Below, piece after piece: positions 53,201 through 61,159 of a stretch of DNA of 64,000 nucleotides. Positions within the stretch are counted from its first letter, which is position 1. Each line of letters opens with the position of its first letter. The notes under the pieces are model-generated. The model ran no database searches, had not been told where the DNA came from, and saw nothing but the letters and a program-made list of their open reading frames with translations. A program made the translations under genes and the position numbers. Source of the DNA: Lepidodermella squamata (lineage: Eukaryota > Animalia > Gastrotricha); NCBI GenBank assembly GCA_047495785.1, contig JBLDXI010000009.1, positions 744,001-808,000 of the forward strand, in the 5' to 3' direction.

Positions 53201-55333
53201 AACTACCCAATACCCAGAGACATCTCGCAAGTCCGATCGTTCATGGGAGTCTGCTCGTACTACCGACGATTTATCAAGAATTTTGCAAAGATTGCGGAAC
53301 CCCTAATCGCGCTAACAAGGAAGAGCGAAGAAAGGTTCGCATGGAACAAGGAAGCGCAAGAAGCGTTCGACACGCTTAAACAGCACTTGGTGTCACCACC
53401 CATATTGGGTTATCCTCAGTTCGAGAAACCGTTCAAAATCTACACGGATGCGTCGAATTGGGCGATCGGAGCAATCCTGTCTCAGGATCAGGCAGACCAA
53501 GATGGGAACATTCGGGAAGTAGTCATCGCATATGCGTCGCGACAGCTAACAAAGACGGAACGCAACTACTGCGCCACTGAACGCGAACTTCTTGGCGTTT
53601 ACTGGGCGGTTAAGACGTTCCGACCCTACATACGCGTCAACGACATCGTATACCTGTACACAGACCATAACCCGATCGTCCAACTCGACCAAGCTCGCGA
53701 CAGCACGGGAAAAATGGCCCGTTACAAGATGTTGTTGCAGGAGTACAACATCCAGTACATCTACAAGCCGGGAAAAATACACACAAACGCGGATGGACTG
53801 TCAAGGACCCCGGCAGACGAGACCGTCAAAATCAAACCGGCAATGTTTAGCTTGCAGCTAGCGACGGAACTGACGGTAGAAAATATCGGACGCGAGCAGA
53901 AGAAGGACGAAAACATACAGAAAATCTGCCGGGACTGCGAGGCGGGCAAAACAAACAGCTATCTGTGCGACGATCAATTGTTGAAGTTCAAATCCAAAAG
54001 GGAAAAAGGTCCCCAGGAATTGATCGTCCTGCCCGAAACACTTATCCAGGCTGCAATCAAGCAAGCACACCTGGAATTGGGACATCTGGGTGCTGACAAA
54101 ACCATTGAACACCTAAAGGAACGTTTCTTCTTCGGCGATATGGACGCCCGGACACGACGAGTCATCGAATGCTGCGTCCCCTGCCAGCGCAGGAAGGAGC
54201 CGCAAGCAGACGTCGTTCCCATGCAGCACATCGCCGAGGCCGAGTATCCCCTGCAGAAAGTATGCTGGGACGTAGCCAAGCTGACCACGTCGTCCAGCGG
54301 TAATAGTTGCGTACTGTTCATTGGAGACATCTTCACCAAGTACGTCAAGGGATACCCGATGAAGGATGAAAAGACAGCGACGATTGTTCGACATTTTCTT
54401 CACTTCATAAGCGAGCATGGATGCGTAGAATCCATCCACAACGACCAAGGAAGGAACTTCGAAAGCAAGACGATAACTGAACTGTGCAAAGCAATCGGCA
54501 TAGATCGCACAAGGTCGACAGCCTATCACCCGCAAGGCAATGGATTTATCGAGAGATTTAATCGCACAGTGAAAGCTATGCTCGCGAAAGTTATCGATGA
54601 GAGACAACGCGACTGGGACGTACAGCTGCCATGGAAGCTCCAAGCTTATAATGCGGCAAAGCAAGACTCGACGGGCTACACACCGTATTTCCTGTTCCAC
54701 GGAAGACCGTTCAGATTCCCAGCCGACGTCCTTCTGGACAACGCACCGAAATTCCAAAGCACCGACGAGTACGCAAAGGAGATACACAACAGACTCCGAC
54801 TAGCGTACGAAGAAGCGAGACAGAACGCAGAGGCAGCTCGCGCAAAGCAGAAGGCACAACATGACAAAGGGCGGAAGGAGCGAGAAGGATTCACAGTCGG
54901 CGAGCTGGTCCTGCTCCATGAGCCGCTACGTCAGTTGCATCTGTCAAGAAAACTTCACTGCCCGTATACGGGCTTGTACACCGTGGTAGCCAAAACGGGC
55001 CCGGTGACATACGCGATTCGACTCCTCGACGGGCGAGCGCCTAGTCGGATCGTGAATCTAGCAAGGTTGAAACCATTCAACGCAGACGAAATAGACACGA
55101 TCAGAGAGGCAGCGGGTCGTGAGACCGAAGACAATGAGGAGCGAGGAGGACTCGGAATCGAAGACACGAACGGAGAAGTCATTACAGCACCCGAGGTCGA
55201 AGAGGCAACGATCGACGAGTTGCGACAACAGTGCCCCGACGCCGGGATCGCTATGGGACCGGAAGAGGACAACGAAGAGCGACCGAAGCGAGCCAGGAAG
55301 CAAACCGACTTCTTCCAGGCGGGGGCTAGGTAA
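50288..55333 (+). CDS. gag-pol: Gag-Pol polyprotein, single ORF (first ATG at 50687)
   Basis: Two CCHC knuckles, protease FIVDTGA, RT YRFAIDYR/MPFGL/YLDD, RNase H YTDAS..ERE..YTDH, integrase HHCC plus D(CWDV)-D(HNDQG)-E(IERFN), GPY/F-like CPYTGLY; no chromodomain. Confidence 0.96.
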   Translation: MPNTRHQHLEQDIPVLSKVQTEGHGIRKRANTASKVEPKSEPVDTQETQETTKETLTVDKTLSNNPSPNAAKGFLIAAKNLLGSLQRPSTTKKTSTVDEKEEATQIFPIGSGGALVVHTPVKTRLPKPKEITSMADYKIPTSVTFKNIVPFDVSSIPKFEESFAKFEAAARAAGAKEPVGTDTGNEGGDKRFTFGAARTMVRCLLPTHFQDDWRDEALDDIKSYGKLREKVMETVGLNVNKQVHREAFVKRRQLANESPRAYMRELKRLAKWADITSDSGYSKTLADTFKAGLRKEYRAYIYDHPPEKKTPEKKDDPLWLVSRCDEYDERQQVVGEETIGINRLSLNDNEKTCYGCQQKGHIRKMCPNQAQGQRSQQRAGPTGAPHISQNGRWPINFLRNRNSRPKSDGTDGCFNCGRPGHFARECRQPNNRGAVRNFKPFGSGGGRPNRRQYVPIRMLALNSLGDRSMVLDAQANGKPVRFIVDTGAAVSAIRADLVDPRRVTGKEMAAVNADGTEAPIRGQTAVTLEAGPFRGKQPFVVMEALNAEGLLGFDFIKDNDIVVDIPRNRLLWKDHVIPCKASLGPAALRLPMRAVRMAQEQIIPAGTRTTVLCSVPMAKEGETVLFKPEGKDGDTEPCLVYGHTVDTVKDGKIRINVFNVGTTPERVRPMTAIGSVEPITDDQISPYRTQGRVKWEPKVDLSSKMLNDEQRKKVRALINAYSDIFSKDDDEVGHCPFIEHKIRVTGPPFRQPLRRTTHEEREIMRKEVEKMERMKVIRPSNSSWASAVCLVRKKDGKYRFAIDYRVLNKRVHEAGYSDPFPLPRIDDTLEALGGATIFSTFDLQSGYWNVPMEEESKPYSAFVTPWGLYEWNVMPFGLSNAPATFQRLMQYVFHGMLFEEVLIYLDDIITFSKTFEEHLVRLEHTFQRIRQAGLKMKPSKCHIAQEEVEFLGYLVSGKGVRPDPRKTAPVLNYPIPRDISQVRSFMGVCSYYRRFIKNFAKIAEPLIALTRKSEERFAWNKEAQEAFDTLKQHLVSPPILGYPQFEKPFKIYTDASNWAIGAILSQDQADQDGNIREVVIAYASRQLTKTERNYCATERELLGVYWAVKTFRPYIRVNDIVYLYTDHNPIVQLDQARDSTGKMARYKMLLQEYNIQYIYKPGKIHTNADGLSRTPADETVKIKPAMFSLQLATELTVENIGREQKKDENIQKICRDCEAGKTNSYLCDDQLLKFKSKREKGPQELIVLPETLIQAAIKQAHLELGHLGADKTIEHLKERFFFGDMDARTRRVIECCVPCQRRKEPQADVVPMQHIAEAEYPLQKVCWDVAKLTTSSSGNSCVLFIGDIFTKYVKGYPMKDEKTATIVRHFLHFISEHGCVESIHNDQGRNFESKTITELCKAIGIDRTRSTAYHPQGNGFIERFNRTVKAMLAKVIDERQRDWDVQLPWKLQAYNAAKQDSTGYTPYFLFHGRPFRFPADVLLDNAPKFQSTDEYAKEIHNRLRLAYEEARQNAEAARAKQKAQHDKGRKEREGFTVGELVLLHEPLRQLHLSRKLHCPYTGLYTVVAKTGPVTYAIRLLDGRAPSRIVNLARLKPFNADEIDTIREAAGRETEDNEERGGLGIEDTNGEVITAPEVEEATIDELRQQCPDAGIAMGPEEDNEERPKRARKQTDFFQAGAR

Positions 55334-55385
55334 ACTTTCAGATGTTCACCTAAATAAATGTTGTTCTTTGTTTTCTAGAAGAAAT

Positions 55386-58112
55386 ATGTTGAATATTGTA
55401 GTATTGTTAGGATTATTCGTAGGAATACCGCCGAGCGAGACACAGCAATTGCCTCCTATACTGTTCCCTAAGGCTTTGGTGAGAGGGGTCCACAAGGGCT
55501 CGATGCACGAAAGCAAACATATGATGCTGTTCAGCGGTATGGAACAGATCCACTTCAAAGAAATGTGGGCAGAAACAGAAGCCCACATTAAACCCTTCGC
55601 GGAGTACTTCTTGGAAACGGAACATTTATTAATGCCGGGACCCCTGGACAGGATAAAACGATGTTCATCATTCAAAAAGACGGCGACGTGCACCAACTTG
55701 GTGGGAATGTCGGAGAAGGAGTGCCTCACAAAGCAAGAACAATCGCCGGGAGCCTGTCCACAACCGAGCGAAAAAGGGGGCAACTCGCGGCGCAAAAGAG
55801 AGACAAACGACACAGAAATTACGAAAAAACCAACGATTCCCAGCACGCGGGCGAAGAAAACACCGGCAATAATGACGACGCCAACGGCGAAAACGACAAC
55901 GAGAACACCGCTGAGAGAGCTGACAACCAAAGCAACCGTTACAAAACCGACAACACCAAAACCAACGTCCGCAACAACTAAAAGCGTTTCGAAAACAACA
56001 CCCGAGGTGATCACAACAACGAAGGGACAACCGGAGAACTCAACGACGACAAATTCTGTACCGAACGGGACGACGCAAACCGTCTCGGGCGACGCTCCGA
56101 TTGCGGGCAGAAAAGGAATACCGGAAAGACCCTACAAGAGCAACGCGATGGAGCAGTCCGCGGCGCGCGAGGAACTCAAAACCGACGCGGGAGTCACAGC
56201 GCGAGAAACCGGACAAGGCTCGAAAGACCGGGGAAGAAAACGATCAATCTCATGGCTTTGCTCTAACTACTTCACGAAGCTGATCTACGTGGCGCTAGGA
56301 AACGCCTGTGACGAGGGTGTCGGCGAGGCAACAATAAGTACGGTCAAGGAAGCAAGTAGCATCATGAAGGAGGAAGCAAGCGGACTTCAGATCAATGGAA
56401 GAACAAGCCTGATGTTAGGCGAAGAAATACATGACGTCGTCAGGACACTGGAAAGCAAGACGGAAGCAATGACGAACATTACCAACAAGCTGTACGAAGA
56501 CGACGCCAATCTGCAGAAATTTGCCGCGGCGCAAACACGCGTCAACTCTCACATCTACCACGAGCTACTAAAGATGGCAAGGATGCAGAAGCTAGCGAAG
56601 ATAATGACGCTAGAAGGCACGAGACCTCTGCGCGTATCGGATCTGACGGAAGCGCTAAGAAAGGCAATAGAACGGCAAATCAGAGCGAAGGGAAACGACT
56701 TCGGCGATTTGGACGACGCGATTTTCGAAAGAAACTTACCCTTACTGATGAATCCACGAATTAATTTCCAAGCGAGCGAGCTGGCCTTGGAAGCACAATT
56801 GTTAGTGGATGTACCGGTTCTGGGGGCGTTACAATGTGAAGTGTACGAGCTGGAACCTTTAGCATTAAAGGTGGGAGATACATGCATTTCGGCAACAAGA
56901 CAACACTTTCAGGACGTTATCGCGATCAAATGCGACACGGCGACAAGACTGGTTAACAAGATAGCACTGGAGGAGTGCGATATTGTCCCGAATTGGGGAT
57001 GGCTATGCCCGACAGGAATCAGCTACGCGGGAACTATGCCAGAATGGGCACAAGAGGACGGCGGGGCGAACACCCCGATGTTGATCGAAACACCGGACAC
57101 GGAAAGACAGAATGGGACGATATGCGACAGCATGCCACCGGCGGTGGAAGTCGGAGACCGACGTTATCTGCTTACGAAGGAAATGAACTATACGTTCGCG
57201 GTCGCACGGTTCGCGCCGTATGCGATAGAAGCGAGAGACAACAAGATGTTTCGTGGGAAGCCAGGACAGATCATTCAGTTATCCTGTCAAGAAAAACTGA
57301 TGGAGTGGGTCGCAATAGCAGTAGCCAAGCGAGGCGGATGGTGGCAAGTCCGCGGGAATCGCCAATCGCGCAAGTGCGCGAACCAGGAACTCGGAAAACA
57401 CGGATTCATAAGGATTTTTGACAACGAGACAGTGGATGTCCTCGATTTGGATCATTCAGCATTGGACAAATTCGCGGCCGATCAAGAAGAGGACATAAAA
57501 GAATTGAGACAGAAATGGCAAGATAAATCATGGCTGCAAAAGATTGCGAAGAGGGACGAGGTCATCAAGAAACTGGGCGTGGAAGCAGTGGCGAGTGGTC
57601 ATGCTGTGGACCAGCACCTGAGCAAAATGCAAGGATATATCGCGGAAATGAAAACGGAAGAACACTTGGATTTCTGGGAAAAATGGGTAATGCGCGTCGG
57701 ACTCGCGGTTACATTCGCGATCGCGATTCTCGATCTCTTCATCGCACTGGGACTCGCATATGGCATTAAAATGGCGAGCAGCAGCCGAATTCCAATAAGA
57801 CACATGGAGGTAAAAGACAAGTCGAAGACCGAAACATGTTTGGGGCCGGAGGGAGCGGAAGCATCCGCCCCATTGATGGAGGAACAGCCACCCTTGTACA
57901 ACAACGAACCTGGTACGGTCGACTACCGAAAAAAGGCGAGGAATCCATTTGCCGAACTGAACGAACGAGAGCTGGAAGTTTATCGACGCTTGCAGAACCG
58001 TTTGCCGGAAACATCAGCCGGTGAGCTAACAGGATGGGTGCTAAACATCGCACGCACCGACGGAATTTGGAAGAACGATACAGCGATGAGGACGATGATT
58101 TGCACGGCTTAA
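55386..58112 (+). CDS. env: Envelope glycoprotein, class I / F-type, about 908 aa
   Basis: Signal peptide MLNIVVLLGLFVG, furin sites RRKR and RGRKR, hydrophobic post-cleavage peptide, heptad region, Cys-rich ectodomain with N-glycosylation sequons, TM VGLAVTFAIAILDLFIALGLAYGI, 114-aa tail. Confidence 0.88.
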   Translation: MLNIVVLLGLFVGIPPSETQQLPPILFPKALVRGVHKGSMHESKHMMLFSGMEQIHFKEMWAETEAHIKPFAEYFLETEHLLMPGPLDRIKRCSSFKKTATCTNLVGMSEKECLTKQEQSPGACPQPSEKGGNSRRKRETNDTEITKKPTIPSTRAKKTPAIMTTPTAKTTTRTPLRELTTKATVTKPTTPKPTSATTKSVSKTTPEVITTTKGQPENSTTTNSVPNGTTQTVSGDAPIAGRKGIPERPYKSNAMEQSAAREELKTDAGVTARETGQGSKDRGRKRSISWLCSNYFTKLIYVALGNACDEGVGEATISTVKEASSIMKEEASGLQINGRTSLMLGEEIHDVVRTLESKTEAMTNITNKLYEDDANLQKFAAAQTRVNSHIYHELLKMARMQKLAKIMTLEGTRPLRVSDLTEALRKAIERQIRAKGNDFGDLDDAIFERNLPLLMNPRINFQASELALEAQLLVDVPVLGALQCEVYELEPLALKVGDTCISATRQHFQDVIAIKCDTATRLVNKIALEECDIVPNWGWLCPTGISYAGTMPEWAQEDGGANTPMLIETPDTERQNGTICDSMPPAVEVGDRRYLLTKEMNYTFAVARFAPYAIEARDNKMFRGKPGQIIQLSCQEKLMEWVAIAVAKRGGWWQVRGNRQSRKCANQELGKHGFIRIFDNETVDVLDLDHSALDKFAADQEEDIKELRQKWQDKSWLQKIAKRDEVIKKLGVEAVASGHAVDQHLSKMQGYIAEMKTEEHLDFWEKWVMRVGLAVTFAIAILDLFIALGLAYGIKMASSSRIPIRHMEVKDKSKTETCLGPEGAEASAPLMEEQPPLYNNEPGTVDYRKKARNPFAELNERELEVYRRLQNRLPETSAGELTGWVLNIARTDGIWKNDTAMRTMICTA

Positions 58113-58346
58113 GGCAAGAAAGACTCCGACTTCTAACAAACATTAGTTAAGCATCGCTATAGTCGATCGATCTACAATAGATTTCTGAGAAAAGTAGACG
58201 AATTCGAAGGCTAGTTAAGGAGAAAAGCTACCAAAATTTTTCAAAAAAATTTATCTGCGAAAAATTATCTGCCGAAAATTTTCTAAGTCCAAAGAAAAAA
58301 TCGATATCACGCTAGTACATTCTATAGTAACATATGAATACCATAG

Positions 58347-58550
58347 GCGTAGTATTGTTATGTTTGTGCGCAGTATTGTTATGTGTGTGAGAAGCGCGCA
58401 AGTATTATCATGTGTGTGTGAGGCGCGCAAGTATTATTATGTGTGCGAGAGCGCAGTACTATTATGTGTGCGAAAGCGCGCAGTATTCGTATATGTGGAA
58501 GGCGCGCAGTATTATAATGTGTGTACGAATGCGCAGTATTGTAATGTGTG
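58347..58550 (+). repeat. Degenerate tandem array (about 8 units of 21-29 bp, core GCGCAGTATT-N-TATGTGTG)
   Basis: Units read directly, e.g. gcgcagtattgttatgtgtg, gcgcaagtattattatgtgtg, gcgcagtattataatgtgtg. Confidence 0.85.
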
Positions 58551-58837
58551 GGCAACACATAGAAATACTATAGAGGCACCGTTATTCACAGTAATGTGCG
58601 TAGAAAATCGATAAGTCATGTACTTGGGAAATTGTTACAAAATTACACAAAAGGCCGCCTACCTCCAACGCGCGGTTATGACGCAAAAGCGTCGAAGCCC
58701 TAGATTGGCGGAGCCCTAGAGCGGTAATTACACCGCTAATTAGATCGGGGGCGGCCGCGCTGCGGGGAAGGGAAGGCCGAAAAATTGTCAGTGTTGCACA
58801 TTTAATTTTCGTTTGAATTTGCTTGTGAACCGAAAAT

Positions 58838-59695
58838 ATGCCACGGCTGCAAGGAAATCAGGCACACCTCTCGTACGATACGGATGCCAACGTCGCGTCG
58901 CCGGCAGGATTTCGACGGTGCGTCGCCGATATACTCACCGACGTATGGTGCAATGTCGGGCGGCCGGAGGACATCCCGTTTGTCGCAAGAGATGCCGCCG
59001 ACCGCGCCATACGAAGAATGATGTTATTCTCGATCAATCGCGGCGTCCGTACGATGTTCGACCTGGGAGACGACGTGTGGGTCAATACGGAGCACCCATT
59101 TTGGGAGGCAAACCGTTTAACAACTGATTTGGCCAACCCGTCGTTCCTGATCGAGAAATATCTGGACCAACTGACCAGAAACGGGGAGGCGAGAGATCAT
59201 CATCGACTGGCCTTTCAGTGGATGGTCAGGAGGGAGGAACGGGCCTTGTTAGGCGATGGCGACAGCGAACCAGAGCCGGGCCCGAGTCAGGACGCCGCGC
59301 CGACCGAACCGCGCACGGAGGCGCCCGCAAACGCGATAGCGGACGTCTCTGCTCCGCAAGGAGACGTCTTAACACTCGACGAGCGGCAGGATGACGGGGT
59401 GATTGAGGTCGCTGAGGAGCCAGACGACGGAGTGATCGAGATCACCGAGCAATTCCATGCCGCGGAAGAAAGAAGAAAGAGGAGCGGCCGAAACAAGAAC
59501 AGGCCGATAATCGTCGAAGACGAGGCGGAGCGCGGGGCAGCCGATCATCCGATCGAGATCTCGGACGATGATGCACCGAAGGAAGAGCCGCAGGAATGCT
59601 GGCCGAGCGGGCGACCGCGGCGGAGAGGTGTCCCGTATCCGAACTACGTGGTGGAGCCCAAGAAGCTGCGTGGTATATTTTCGGGGACCCGTTAA
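58838..59695 (+). CDS. Accessory ORF3 of the retroelement, 285 aa, unknown function (multi-SIM-like, NLS-like)
   Basis: Intact ATG-started ORF inside the element between env and PPT; predicted folded N-half, acidic C-half with VLTL, VIEV, VIEI, IIVE and IEIS motifs; RRKR and RPRRR. Confidence 0.75.
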   Translation: MPRLQGNQAHLSYDTDANVASPAGFRRCVADILTDVWCNVGRPEDIPFVARDAADRAIRRMMLFSINRGVRTMFDLGDDVWVNTEHPFWEANRLTTDLANPSFLIEKYLDQLTRNGEARDHHRLAFQWMVRREERALLGDGDSEPEPGPSQDAAPTEPRTEAPANAIADVSAPQGDVLTLDERQDDGVIEVAEEPDDGVIEITEQFHAAEERRKRSGRNKNRPIIVEDEAERGAADHPIEISDDDAPKEEPQECWPSGRPRRRGVPYPNYVVEPKKLRGIFSGTR

Positions 59696-59755
59696 CGTGA
59701 CGAATTTTTTATATTAATGTTGTTGTTAAAACTATTTGAGGACAAATAGGACAGT

Positions 59756-59764
59756 GGAGGGGGA
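59756..59764 (+). other. Polypurine tract
   Basis: GGAGGGGGA immediately before GTTA and the TG of the 3' LTR. Confidence 0.85.
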
Positions 59765-59768
59765 GTTA

Positions 59769-60098
59769 TGTGACCCGACAGCCGAGACAATTTCGGCGAC
59801 GACATCCAATTACGCCTACATAATTAGCCGGAAGACATCAAGGTCCCAATGACGTCAATGGCAACAGTAGTTGGATGCGGCGAGGTCGAAACGGCGCCTA
59901 CGATTGCAATTACCGAAGACACCCACGAGCAATTATCGACAGACAGTAGGCGTCACCCCTGGACATTCCACTGCCTATATAAGGACCTCATTTTGTGAAG
60001 ATGATCATTGTGCGGTAGTCGTGCTTTTGGAGCATTAACAATAAAGTTGCACATTGTTATACTCCTGTCTTTTGGAATAACCCTGAACCCAGGTTACA
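59769..60098 (+). repeat. 3' LTR (330 bp)
   Basis: No differences from the 5' LTR seen on reading. Confidence 0.96.
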
Positions 60099-60117
60099 TA
60101 ACGTCAGTCGCTTTATG

Positions 60118-60644
60118 TAAAGTCAGTCGCTTTATGTAGATCGAGCATCGAGATTTTGTTTAATGGCTGAAACTTGAACAGCTTTGACCTTTGACTTTTG
60201 ACTTGAACCCAAGTCAGCACTTTAAAAAAATGCTGAAGCTGTGAAAGACCACTGATCAGAGTTTCCATCGTTGGGTTTCCCCAGCCCTGCCTGCTTGAAA
60301 GGTAGTTTAGCAGTTAACAGGTTCCTACAGTTCCAACAGCGCGCCCTGCCCTGCGAAGTGATGCGGTTCATTCAAATAATTACTCGCGCCCAACGAATCA
60401 GGAGAATATGCGTGAAAACCAATTATAAAAATGTCAGATACATTTTTTTGATTACATTATTATTCAAAGATATTCATAAACACTGGTTTTATTACTTATG
60501 AATTTATTTCTCAGTCCGCATGTTTTCATTTTCTCGAAACAGAAATCGGGACGATTTTTGGCCGTCTCAAAAGCCGGATGCTATGAAATGCGCCTCAAGC
60601 AAGGCTTTGGAGAGCAATTCTTGCGCTCTACGCTAGCTGCTTCC
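60118..60644 (+). repeat. Right copy of 527-bp flanking duplication
   Basis: Matches 49226-49752; continues into the pre-insertion sequence (ttcc|taagcag). Confidence 0.95.
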
Positions 60645-61159
60645 TAAGCAGTTGCGCACCACTTGCTTGCGAAGCACTCGCTACGCTCAAAGCAGCTCAG
60701 TCAACATGCTTCCCAAGCAATGCGCCCGGCGCACTGCCGTGGTCGGTCGGTCGGCATGGCGAGGCGACGTTCTAGATAAAAGGATGTTTGTAATTATAGG
60801 ACCTAAAATGGCTACCCTCTGAGATGTGAACTCCGAGAAGGCATTTCTACTCACGAAATTGGAAGACGAATAAAGGCAAGACGGTAAGAATACGCAAACA
60901 TCATTTGGTCCTACATTGAGCTTGCTCTAATTCTTAGCCTCTAGAATTGTAAAATGTACACGATTTTAATGCTTCTCAGCGCGACCATTTCGGAACAGCT
61001 CAAAAGTTGGGAATGTTGTCAGTGCTTATTGAGCCATATTTCGCTTGGGAAGCAGTTGCTTTAGAAGCAGTGCATGGGAAGCAGCTGGCTTATAGCGCAT
61101 TGCTTGCGAAGCAGTTGCAGAAGCAGGCGCATTTCATAGCGTCTGGAATCTGAAACGGC
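60561..61159. mobile_element. Decayed foldback/MITE-like element, about 600 bp, with long imperfect inverted arms
   Basis: gccgtctcaaaagccggatgctatgaaatgcgcct (60561) matches the reverse complement of the right end, gccgtttcagattccagacgctatgaaatgcgcct; further inverted blocks agctgcttcc and gcttcccaagc. Confidence 0.6.

Larger units (their letters stand above)
49753..60098 (+). mobile_element. Intact env-bearing Ty3/gypsy LTR retrotransposon (invertebrate endogenous retrovirus) with an extra ORF, 10346 bp
   Basis: TG...CA 330-bp LTRs, PBS, PPT, gag-PR-RT-RH-IN order, env, third ORF; no stops or frameshifts. Confidence 0.97.

Noticed and set aside
55119-55385. N-terminal 89 codons of the 997-aa ORF as part of Env
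   Set aside because: Overlaps the integrase tail and has a GTG start; the signal peptide and acceptor point to ATG 55386.
58347-58550. CRISPR-like repeat array
   Set aside because: Degenerate units without unique fixed-length spacers, in a eukaryotic retroelement with no cas genes.
50431-59496. Antisense ORFs within the retroelement
   Set aside because: Shadows of the sense-strand codon bias with no motifs.
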